This document shows, one piece after another, positions 9,071 through 20,506 of a stretch of DNA of 42,872 nt. A program made the translations under genes and the position numbers. Within the stretch, counting starts at the first letter, position 1. Each line of letters opens with the position of its first letter. Source of the DNA: Nemertoderma westbladi (taxonomy: Eukaryota > Animalia > Xenacoelomorpha); assembly GCA_032718475.1 (NCBI GenBank), contig JAUCBJ010000207.1, positions 1 through 42,872 on the forward strand, written 5' to 3'. The notes beneath the pieces are model-generated. The model did not search any database. It was not told the origin of the DNA and worked only from the letters and a program-made list of their open reading frames with translations.

Positions 9071-12000
9071 TCAGAAGCGCAATCGATGGTTGTTCGCCCC
9101 AGTGTTGAAATATGCGTCGTCGTCTTCGGAATATTCATCCGACGACCCGGATTGTTCTGGGAAACAATCCCGTATATGCGTCACAAAAGTTGGTGTTGTT
9201 TTCGATTCTCGTGTCTTGTATGCAGTGTTGCATCTCGCTGCTGCTTCTGGGTGTTCACTGGTGAAGCGTTTCGTTGGTGTATGACTATCCGTGTGGAGCA
9301 AAGCGTCATGATTGCATCCACATAAAGGACAGGTGTCCGTATTTGGGCAATCCTTGCGGACATGTCCGTGTTGTGTACACCTCCAACAAGAATCTAACGG
9401 CCTTATTTGTAGCCGTCGTTCTTCTGAGTTTAACTCGCGAAATAGTCGACATCCCCTTAACTTATGGCTAGTATGCCGCTTACCCATCCGCTCGCAGTAT
9501 TGACAACCGCTGAAGTCGGCAGTTAGTTGCTGTCTAGTCTGTTTGATCCCTATATGTGCGGACACTTTACAACCATCGGAAAATTGTCGGGTTTCTGTCG
9601 GTGTAGCGTATGTGACCGTCCTTGTGGATGTCGTCTGTGGTTTTAGTCGGTTGGAAGATGGCAAAGTTATTCCTTCGGCTACAATGTGTTGATCCGTGTA
9701 GTTCGAACGAGTCTCCACCACTGCTTCCCTAGATATTAATAGGTAGACATCTTCCAATCTCAAAAATCCACCCTTTTCTTCTCGCTGATACTCGATCTTT
9801 CTCCACTCCCTACGAAGTCGATGGTGTAGTCTCCCTATTATTTTCAATAGGACTGTAGGAGTGTTTGCGTAGTCAAGTTGTCCAATTGATCGTAAAGTCG
9901 TAATGGCGTTCTTAATTTCGTCAGCTAGTTTCAGTAAGTCAACGGGTTTTGTAATAGCCCCCCCCCCCCCCCCCCTTACAGAGTTCCTCTATTACCGACT
10001 TGGCCATACTCACTGTACCTCCGTAAATTGAAGTCAAGCGTTCGTAAGCTAATTCAAAGGCGTCTGGTACACCGACAAAAGTCTCTGCTAGACGTTTTGG
10101 TTCTCCCGTCAGTGTTTGAAGCAGATAATTGAACTTTTCCCTCGATGTAAAAGCGCATGCTGCAATTTGAGATTCGATATAATCCACAAACGTATGCCAA
10201 TACTTGGAGTTACAGGAGAACTTTGGTGGTTGCTGCACTGGTAGTCCTTGCCTGGCTGCGAATTTAGCTATCTCCTCAGCGACATTCAAAGTTTCGCGTC
10301 CTTGAGTGGCAATCAAGTTAATATTCTCCCGTCTTGGCGCTTTCCTTTGGTACAAAGTATTTCTTGAAGGTATCGCCCTTTGCGGATCCTTCGGGTTTCT
10401 AATGTGTTCGAATTCTGTATTTCTCGAACTGTCGGTTTGAGTTTCCTCTAAGTGTTCCTCGATCTGGGCTAACTTGTTGACAACTGGTCGCATTAGGTCG
10501 GCGAATTGTTGCGTACTAATCGCGTCCGTTGGTTGTAACGCTTTCTGTGTTGGTGTATTTTGTGGAGGATCATTCATAAAGGAATTATCTGAACGCTCAC
10601 ATTTGCATTCATCGGCTGCTCCTGTTCTAAACACCTCGCGTTCGGGATAATCCGATTCGCTTGAAGTACTACTATCGCCTGGATACGGTGGCCGACGTGC
10701 TCGCGTCCGTTGTGTCGTCCGAATTCTAACATTCCGTTTTGAAACATCGTCTACTGGTCTCCATCGTTCGGTAGGCTCACAAGTCTTCCTCGAAGTCGTA
10801 GATTGCGATGTAAACTGATTAAGCAGTCGCGTTTCTACTGGTCTCCATCGTTCGGTAGGCTCACAAGTCTTCCTCGAAGTCGTAGATTGCGATGTAAACT
10901 GAAAGTGTGGTCGCGTAATGGCGTTTGAGTCTAAAGTTCTCGTAGGTCTAAACACGGTTGGGTTTGCGTTGTGCGTGACCGGTTTTGGTGTCGAAGGTTG
11001 ACTCACCTGTTTAGTCGTCAGTAATGCAGGCCCTGCCAATAAACTACTACGATCTGTAATCAGCGGGTTACTTACCTTGACTTTCGGAATAGGCGATGAC
11101 GTTGCTCTTGGCGGTATAAACTTGTCCGGAATAACAAACCTGTGTTCCGTCGCATCGTGTATAGGAGATATACTGCTACTACCCGCAATCGAAACAGGTC
11201 CTTTATTCGTAATTGGTGCAAACATTGGAGTTACTTGAGGATATCGTTGACATAAGTCTTTAACCAATTCCCGTTCTCGCTCGGGTGCTCCTACGCTTCC
11301 TTCCTTTATTCGTTCCTGAATTTGACGATGCCTTACCTCTATCCGGTCTAGATCGTGTCCGTCTCGAGATCTCATCGATCGATCGCGGGCTTGAAGATCT
11401 AGATCTTCCTTGGCGTTGGCTAATTCTCTCGCCTTCTTTTCGAGTTCGAAGTGAAGTTTAACTTCCTTCTCACGTTGTTCCGTCTGTTGTTGTTGCGCCT
11501 CGAACTCCACTAGTCGTATAGCTGATTGAGCCTTTATCTGTCGTTTTTTCAACTCGGCTCTCGCTTCCAAAACTCGCTTTTGTTCTTCCAACTCTGCTGC
11601 TCGTCGCTCCAACTCAACTGTTTCTGCTTGTCGTTCCAACTCAGCTGTTGCTGCTTGTCGCGCTAACTCAGCTGCTGCCGCTTGTTGTTCCAACTCAGCT
11701 GTTGCTGCTCGTTGCGCTAACTCTGCTGCTGCTGTTCGCTGTGCTATTTCTAGCTCTAACCTTTCCATCTCAGCTGCTTCTAGTTCGGCTGCTTCTTGCA
11801 GATGAGAGATTCTCGCAACATTTGCGACGCGTAGTTTCTCTTCCTCTACAGCCGCTTGTACCGTCAATAATTGAGTTTGTTCCTCAATTTCTCGTTGTTG
11901 TCTGTAGAACTGTTGTTGCTGTCGAGAAATTTCTGACGTTACCATAATCACCTCGCCAATTTCGCTGCGAATACTCAATAATGATTGATCCAGTATTCCC

Positions 12001-12743
12001 AGTGCCAGTTCGATTTGTACGGGTGAAGTTTCCCTCGTAGCCTCCGGCACGGTTTCCAAATCTCCGACGTCTTCGCCGCACATACGTAAGTGATCCATCA
12101 GGTATTTCAATTATCCATCCAGTATGTACAGTTCTTGTTCTTCCTCGGGTAGCAATAATTCGTCGGAAACTGACTCACCTAACAACTGGTCCGCTTGTTC
12201 CTGTTGTATCAGTCTAACGGCCGTCTTAAACTGAATTAGTTTCTCCCTAGCGATCATTAATTTCTCGAGGATCTTAAACTGTGTGTCCATATCCTGTCTT
12301 TGTCTAGCTAGGTCTTGTAGAATGATTAAGTTATTTACGGACTTATGTACTTTACTCTGTACTCTAACCTGTAAGGTGTAAAACTCGAACCGGGACATCA
12401 GAGCGGTCAACTCGTTTAATATGCGTTGGCCTTCTCCAATACTCCTGGTGATATGCGCCATGTATCCTCCGACGCTTCTAACTACGCTCTCTTGGCTTCC
12501 TACTGAACTTACCATGTCCGTTTCCCTGTATCTAGGTTGCGGAACCGTTAGAAAATCCTCAGTCCTGCCGTCGCCTCGGACTACGGCATCCGGTACTCCC
12601 GTTGGATGTACTGGTGACGCACACGGTGTAGGTTCGTTAGGCTCGCGAGTCTTCCCTCGTGGTTCTTCCGCTACTGACTTATCCGCGTCACATGAGTCAT
12701 AGTCGGTATGTGTATTCTTCGTATAGTCCTGTTTGTCACTCAT
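9071..12743 (-). pseudogene. gag: Gag of element B (coiled coil, capsid-like region, three Cys/His knuckles)
   Basis: LPVQQPPKF...W.TF...KFNYL.QTL.GEP..YG capsid-like region. Knuckles are CQYC..H..C, CWRC...GH...C and CPLC...H...LH. There is an in-frame TAA at 12111-12113 and a frameshift at the G run around 9958-9976. Confidence 0.88.
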
Positions 12744-14786
12744 TTCAGTAGTTATAAGTCAAGTAAAAGTGAGTGTCAAAGTATCAAACTTACCGTATTT
12801 ATATCAAAACGGTACTAATTACAATTCAAACATATAAAATTAGCCTACCGGCCGATTTTATAGCAAATGGATAAAATTAGCCTAGCGGCCAATTTTACAG
12901 CAAATAAATGTCATGGAATAAGTATATAATAAAATTAGCCTATCGGCCAATTTTATAACAAATAAATCGGATAACGATATACGTTATCAAAATGTAAATC
13001 AAACACAAATAATACGGACTAATTCAGCAATAAACAAAGAAATCGTACAGAATGCATAAATACTTGAGACAGTGGAACCCACAATAATTTTAACTAATAC
13101 AGTAATGCCTAACTGATTAATGTAACTTTTCGAACTTACCCCTCCAAAATTCTCCAGAAAAACAGATTCCCAGATACAAACCGGACGTGAACCTTTCCGT
13201 TTCCAGCGTTGCGGACGAAGTGCGATTTTCCCCAACCAAAATTGTTGAGTTATCAATCTCCCAAACTTGCTAAACACGGTCTTGCTCTCATTACAGTCTA
13301 GAAATGAGCTCTGAATCCTGAAAAACAAAAGAGTTTGGTTTTACTTTTACGAAAAATTTTGTACCGGTACAATATGGTATTTAAACCCTTTTGAAACACC
13401 GGTATTCAATTCCAAATATTTTACACACGGTTCAAATCAAAATTTTATTCAAAAAATTAGCACTGAGCTAATCAAATACAAAATTTTACCTCAAAATACA
13501 AAATTTTCAAATAATTTTAGTCCTACTGAACTATAGTTCAGTAAAACACATTCCTACTATTTGAAGAGACAGTAACAAAGTATCCTGCAATATCCTACTG
13601 TAAAGTCTGTGAATCAAAGCATAATCCAACCTTCTCACCAAAACAGTAAACTCTAAGTAAGCAAATCTATTGCAGTATCGGTCTCTTATAACCGGTGATG
13701 CAGAAGACAGTCTACGAACGGACAAACTTCGATAAAACAAAATCCCGCGCAGCGAATCCTAAAATCGTGCTGACTCACTGACGGACTAAAAGCGCTCGTA
13801 TACTTTGCCGCGGTGTGATTTATATGGGGTGGGTGAGGGTTGCTAGCTAAATGTCTAACTAGCGGGCAAAGTGCAGTACGGACAAAAATTATTTTATATA
13901 TTTCGAGGTGTAAATAATTCCTAACGCGTGTGTGTCTTGATTCTAACAGTCGAAATCAGTTTTAGATCCTTCACATATATAATTACTGGGTACGGTGAAC
14001 ATTTTACAAATATTCTAATTTTGTAGTTTGTAGGTCCAATACTCACAAATGATAAGGCTCCTTCCCCTTTTGTGTATTTCCAGGACTCAAATTCAGGCAT
14101 AAGGTTAATACTACGCCCGGAATTCGGCAATTTAATTTACCAGGTCCCTAATACTAAGAAGAAATGTGTTAGTTTATTACAGTAGGCGTACAGTTACGAA
14201 TATCTAGCCTGGCTTTCTATCTAGAATTTTGGTTGCCTAGGTGGGCACGGCAACTCCTTATCAGAATGTCAGCGGGGACACGGTAGATGTTAGTATCCCT
14301 AATAGCCTTAATTTATATGTGCGCCTAGCAATAAACTGCCCTACCGCCTGAACGGTACAATCTTAATTCAGGTAAAAGCACAGCAACCTTTCCAAGCCTA
14401 CAAACTCCAATGCAAACAATGGACACCGTTGTACTACAAACGAGCCACCGACGCACCTATACCTAGCAAATGAGTTAGGCGTACAGTTTACTGCACCCTA
14501 CCAATGTGTATGCCTTGTACTGGTGTGCCTGTGTCCTATCTGTGTACTAGTATCTCTCTGCCTACCCTCCCGTAGGAATGTGAAGGTCTACTGCGGGTTT
14601 TTATCTGGATCAAGACAGTACAGTTCCTAAATTTAATTTTTGGCGCACAGCGTGTCACTACCTCTACCTTTGATCTCAGGTCTTACGCTTAGGTAGCAAG
14701 GCATCAAACGCTGTCTAACCTTTCAGGCGATGGGCGAATAACTAAGAATAGATATTGTGGGTGGTCTCCTTCCTACATTCCGCCGA

Positions 14787-15159
14787 TGTTCCCGTTTATT
14801 GTCTAGCTGTCTAGCTTGCCATCTGTCCCTCAGTTGGGTTCACCGTGGTGAAGCATGATAAAACAGATGTAACAAATACTTCTAACTTTATTACAAAATA
14901 AACGATAACTAATAAAGATAACTAATGATACTAAGTATACAAGAAGTGAATCTAAGTAGGAATGAGAATAACTAATGAACAAATCGCACCTTTTATAGCA
15001 AATTAGTGCTGCTAACAATCGAGATAAATCTAGATTGTTCTATGAGTTCTATTAGGTTTTTAAAGATAATCATTGGTCCAGCAAACGTGTATCTTGCACG
15101 ACATTGGTTACTATCAAATAACTGCAATCACATTGGTTAATCTACCTTAAGCAGATACA
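14787..15159 (-). promoter_or_regulatory. Putative 5' LTR of element B (U3-R-U5 signals)
   Basis: Minus strand: TGT start, three CCAAT boxes about 30 nt apart (15132, 15103, 15072), TATAAAA (14991-14997), TTAGTT initiator-like motif, AATAAA (14887, 14795) and ACA end. Boundaries are uncertain: alternative start 15203, alternative end about 14165. Confidence 0.55.
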
Positions 15160-15202
15160 ATTAAATCGTAGCGGTCAATTCAAATGAGTTGAAATTTAGC
15201 AC

Positions 15203-15286
15203 AAAAAATAATTCGCACCTGCTAGGATTTGAACTCGATACCTACTAAACGATTTTCTAACGCATAACCGACTGAGCTAGGCTTGG
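15203..15286 (-). repeat. tRNA-derived (SINE-head-like) Pol III unit, not a functional tRNA
   Basis: A box TAGCTCAGTCGG and B box GAGTTCAAATCC, followed by a T run. There is no acceptor-stem pairing. Confidence 0.6.
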
Positions 15287-15518
15287 GGTGAAACAGACTG
15301 CTGGGAGGGGGGAAAAAAAATAAGAAAACCAGCAGGAAAACAAGGAAAAACAGAAAGGGGAAAAGAGGGAAAAGGGAAGAAAAAAAGAAAAAAATGTGAA
15401 AACATTAGACATATTGCTTAAATGATTTATTTTATAAGTAGATAAAAAAAGTATGGTTTTCATTTTTAAATAGGACATTATTTTAACTACTTCCATTGAA
15501 ACCCCAGTCAAAAATGTT

Positions 15519-15666
15519 CATGCGTATCGCATGTGGGTCACGCATTTAATTCGCATGCGAATCGCATGGGAAAGTGTCGGGACCTTTAGAAGCGATACGC
15601 ATGCGGATATCATGCGAAGTACCCATGCGTATCGCACGTGTCTAGCATGCGATTCTCTTCAGTGTA
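15519..15666. repeat. Cluster of palindromic CATGCG-W-ATCGCATG motifs ending in CAGTG|TA; probable end of a non-autonomous DNA transposon
   Basis: About 5 imperfect copies of the palindrome. The terminal ...CTTCAGTG-TA resembles CACTG-type termini. The other end was not found. Confidence 0.4.
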
Positions 15667-15699
15667 GAATAAACCAATGGCCATATATGACCAAATAAA

Positions 15700-16400
15700 T
15701 TAACCCTATCTGGTCCGGTCTATTTTTCTACTCAATTGGCCCAGGGGGGGAGGGGCAGAGGGGGGTCATTTTAGACATTTGTTTATATCTTGGCTCAAAA
15801 ATTATAATTTCAATGGTTTAAAGGTTTTCGAGGTCGCTGTTTACGATAAAACTTGTTAAAAAAATATTCCGGCAATGCAACCATCATTTTTAGTGCCATC
15901 TGGTGCTCCAGAATGAAAAGTACAAAGTAGAAAAAATTTCAAACTGTTAGATTTTGCCTTTGGTTTGATAAGTCTAAAGCTATACTGGTTTTCAAGGTCG
16001 CTGATCATGATACAACTCGTTAAAATCATTCGTGGGAATATGAATGCAACTATGATCGTCGGTGCTTGTCTGCTCTGGGACGAAAAATACAAGTAGCATA
16101 AAATTTCAAACGACAAAAATCGAATTTGGTCGGATAATATGATATTGAGTGGCATATATGTGATCTACAGTAGCATCCTAAAAAACACCTTATGTCATAA
16201 AATCAGGTTGATATTTGGTAATGATTTTGGAATATCAAATTTGTGCTACTTGTATTTTTCGTGCTGCACATTGACACATATCCAAAAATGCCGTAATTAA
16301 CAAGGTACGATATTTTTTAGTGTCATATTCGTGATTATGGATCAGCATCTCGAAAAACTCAAGGTGAAAATCAATTTGATTTCGTGGTGATATTTAATTA
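15700..16400. mobile_element. Non-autonomous DNA transposon remnant (TTAA|CCCT start)
   Basis: TTAACCCT start, recurring GGTTTTCGAGGTCGCTG-like motif (15823, about 15988, inverted about 16340; similar at about 27280), and an internal inverted repeat of about 25 bp (about 16080 vs 16237). Confidence 0.4.
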
Positions 16401-17560
16401 TCATATTTCATTATCATAATTGAAAGACATCTGTCGGACAATGTCAGAGAAAGTGAGTGGCAAACACTGTCGGACAATATAACACAGGTGGTTCGAGTAA
16501 ATTACGGCGAATAAAGATACACAAAAACAAAGAAAGAAAAGATACAAGAAACGTTAAAGATATATTCTTTGATGTAATAACTTCAACGATAAACTATTAC
16601 TACATAATGTAATTTTTCTAGAATAAAAAAAACATTTCCAGTAAACAGAAAACATTGCCGATAAAGTTTTTACATTTATTAAAAATTCAATTTCATTGAT
16701 AAAAATAATGAATCTATAAACAATGCAGGAGTGGGAAATAATCTGCGCTATAATAACTTTTAAGAAACGAGAATAAAGACACAGATATAAAAAAGAACAA
16801 TAATACCTCGTAATGGACATTGTAAGAACGTAGGCCATATTTTTTATAATTTATTTACTCCAACATTAATAAGCGCCAAATTCATAACATGGAAACGTAG
16901 ACATAACCGCCTCAGCCATTAAGCAATGGAATGTCAGTGATTTAGAATCCCATCCCTCGGTGCCAGCGCCCCCACATAGCGCCGCCAACCCATCCATCCA
17001 TTGGTTGAGATCGGTATCGTCCTTAGCAACGAACAACCACTCAGGGCCGCCTTTTTAACATTTAAAGTTTATTTAACATATTAACAATCTTAATGATATT
17101 ATTTCATACAATAAGCAGGACAAAATAATCTCCACTCCAGTTAAAGTTTAACGGTATATACTATATATCCATCCATCTTACTCATCGCTGTCGCTATCAA
17201 GTATTATTAGTTGCATGGCCAATGGAATTTGGTCCTGGAAATGGCAGAGGTAAAGATAACGTTGATTTACCACGTCTGGGTTGATGGTTCTCTTCACACC
17301 ATGACAGCAAGGGTGGACCAATCAACTGATAGCTCCTGAAATGAGGTCGTCGATTACTCCGGATATCCTGGGTTTGAATTTCCTTCCGGAGTTGTTTTAA
17401 TGAATAACCATTAGCTTTCATGTCCCGACATAATAATTTAGTAAGGAAATTTTGTAAGGAATGTATAGAAGTTATTGTCAATCATATTATTACTATGTAT
17501 TATAATTTCAGCTCTATAGTATTCACCACCACCATATTTTACTTCATATGTATTAACTTT

Positions 17561-17640
17561 GCCAATTAAATCCCGTTGAAAATTCCTAACTTCTCTCTCT
17601 GCCAATTAAATCCCGTTGAAAATTCCTAACTTCTCTCTCT
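17561..17640. repeat. Perfect 40-bp tandem duplication
   Basis: GCCAATTAAATCCCGTTGAAAATTCCTAACTTCTCTCTCT occurs twice. Confidence 0.95.
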
Positions 17641-18645
17641 AAGTCAACCGCCCATGCCATATTGCTTTGTCATGCCGACAATATGCAATTGCGTGTGTAA
17701 TATCCATATCAATTGTTTAGAACATTTAGAACATCTATTTGAGATATTGCTGTTTTAATCCGTGAATAATAATCGGGTATAATAATAATCGCATAATAAT
17801 GCAGTGATAATACAGTAATACAGTAATAATAAAGAATAGGGCCAAGCCTACATCAGATGTCATGATATATGATGCCTTGGGCTGAATTTTGAATAATAGA
17901 GAAGCTATTGAACCCCTAACCCTACAGTACCGGTAGGTATATTAAACAGCCTCTGCCTTTAAACATCCTCCGCCTATTGCTATAATACTGTAATAGGCTG
18001 ATAATAGACCCCTAACAGCCTAAGGCAGGTATATCGTATAGATAGGCAGCGTCACTGAAAGTACAATTTATAGAATTTAAATTTCCCTCTACTACCAGAG
18101 AACTCAATATTCTCACTGGATTTTACACTTACCTTAGCAGCTCCCTACCACGCACCTTAACAAGCTACCACCGACCTTAGCACGCTACTACCGACCTTAG
18201 CTTTTACCACGCACCTTAGGCATTCCTACTCATGACAACATGAGCTACTGAACCACTTAAACAATGTTGTACGAATAGCTATAGTAAATGCAAATGAGGA
18301 CTTAATGTAATCTTTATAACAAATTAATTCCAACAAAATAAATTTTGAAAATCCACGGCTTTTATGAGGATATAATTCTATATGTCCCCTAACACAAGAC
18401 AACAACACAAGCAGCGGGAAGGTGACAATATCTCCCCCATCTCGTAATGCGGAACAAACAATGCTTAGTCAAGGTAAGGTGCAGGCGCCGGACCCATACG
18501 AAGCCACTTTTACCTACATCTCAAACAAACCCGCAAAGCTAAAGAATCATCAAAATACAAAAAAGACTACCATCGAAAACCATATACCTACCTGTAAGTA
18601 ACACTTTCTCAGTCCTCAGTGAACCGGAAAAACACGATCCTGTTA

Positions 18646-20465
18646 GCAATCAGCGTGACAACCCTCCCAGCTGCAATCAGCGTGACAACCCTCCCAGCTG
18701 CAATCAGCGTGACAACCCTACCAGCTGGACTCACCCATCCAGCCGCAATCAGCGTCGTGACTACCCTACCAGTTGGACTCAACACGTTCGTGACAGTAAC
18801 CACAACCAGCGTGTAATTAACCAGCGTGACAACCCTCCCAGTTTCAATCAGCGTGACAACCCTATCACCTGGACTCAACACAATCGTGACAGTAATCAGC
18901 GTGTCAGCAATCAGCGTAATAACCCTCGCAGCTGGACTCAACACAATCATGACAGCAATCGCGTGCTAGAAATCAGGGTGACAACTCTCCCAGCTGGACT
19001 CAACACGATCGTGACAGTAATCAGCGTGTTAGTAATCAGCGAGAAAACCCTGCCAGCTGCAATCAGTGTGACAACCCTACCAACTGGACACAACATGTTC
19101 GTGACAGCAATCAGTGTCGTGACAACACTCCCAGCTGCACTGAACACAATCGTGATAGCAATCAGCATGTTAATAATCAACGTGACAACCCTTCCAGCTG
19201 CAATCAGCGTAACAACCCTCCCAGCTGGACTCAACACGATCGTGACAGCAATCAGCGTGCTAGTAATCAGGGTGACAACTCTCCCAGCTGGACTCAACAC
19301 GATCGTGACAGTAATCAGCGTGTTAGTAATCAGCGAGAAAACCCTTCCAGCTGCAATCAGCGTAACAACCCTCCCAGCTGGACTCAACACGATCGTGACA
19401 GCAATCAGCGTGCTAGTAATCAGGGTGACAACTCTCCCAGCTGGACTCAACACGATCGTGACAGTAATCAGCGTGCTAGCTATCAGCGTAACAACCCTCC
19501 CAGATGGACTCAGCATCGTAACAACACTCCCTGCTGGACTGAACACAATCTTGAAAGCAATCAATGTGTTACTAATCAGCGTGACAACCCTCTTAGCTGG
19601 ACTCAACGTGGACGTGACGGCAATCAGCGTGTTAAGAATCAACATGACAACACTCCAAGCTGGACTGAACATGATCGTGATAGCAATCAGCGTGTTATTA
19701 ATCAGCGTAACAACCCCCCCCCCCCCCCCCCACCCCCAGCTTCAATCAGCGTGACAACCCTATCACCTGGACCCAACATGATCGTGACAGTAATCAGCAT
19801 GTTAACAATCAGTGCAACAACCCGCCCAGCAGGACTCAACACGATTGTGACAGCTATCAGCGTGCTAGCTATCAGCGTAACAACCCTCCCAGATGGACTC
19901 AACACGATCGCGATAGTAATGACCAGCGTGACAACCCCTCCAGCTACAATCAGCGGTGTGACAAGCCTTCTAGCTGCAACCAGCGTGACAACCCTATCAG
20001 CTTGACCCAACACTTTCGTGATAGCAGTCAGCGTGTTAGTAACCACCGTGAGAACCCTTCCACCTATATTCAGCATGACAATCCTGTTATCTGGATGCAA
20101 CAGAATAGTGACAGTAGTCGGCGTGTTAGTAATCAGCGTGTCAACCCTTCCAGCCGCAATCAGCGTGACAACCCTACCAACTGGCCTCAACATGTCCGTG
20201 ACAGCAATCAGCATGTTAGTAATCAGCGTCACAACCTTCCCAGCTGGACTCAACACGATCGTGTCAGTACTCTGCGTGTTAGTAATCAGCGTGAGAACCC
20301 TCCTAGCTGGACTCAACATAATTGTGACAGTAGTCAGCGTGTTAGTAATCAGCGTGACAACCCTTCCAGATGTCATGACAACCCTCCAAGCTGGTCTCAA
20401 CATAATCGTGACAGTAACCAACGTGTTAGTAATCAGCGTGACAACTCTTCCAGCTGGACTCAGCA
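18646..20465 (+). repeat. Modular tandem repeat array in LINE ORF1 (15-, 27- and 48-nt modules)
   Basis: Core AATCAGCGTG recurs dozens of times. The frame reading NQRDNPPSWTQHDRDSNQRVS follows a PVSNTFSVL motif. Confidence 0.9.
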
Positions 20466-20506
20466 CCTACGTCAAAGCAACAAATGGACCGACCGCAGCA
20501 GTTTAA

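Larger units (their letters stand above)
4863..15159 (-). mobile_element. BEL/Pao LTR retrotransposon B (degenerate), integrase interrupted by element A
   Basis: Domain order is Gag, protease, RT, RNase H, integrase, with BEL-type motifs. Several in-frame stops and frameshifts are present. Confidence 0.93.

Noticed and set aside
9958-9976. G/C homopolymers as programmed frameshift sites
   Set aside because: Long C runs recur throughout the window (about 1092, 1961, 2007, 2690, 19714, 26673, 27343), including non-coding MITE ends. Homopolymer length error or slippage is simpler.
15257-17481. Short ORFs in the AT-rich interval
   Set aside because: They are low-complexity and motif-free, and they overlap repeat remnants.
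18609-20506. Hydrophobic ORFs (VTTLPAGLNTI and antisense SPAGRVVTLI) as membrane or antifreeze-like proteins
   Set aside because: These are alternative frames of a triplet-periodic repeat, which stay open trivially. The LINE context favours the polar NQRD frame.
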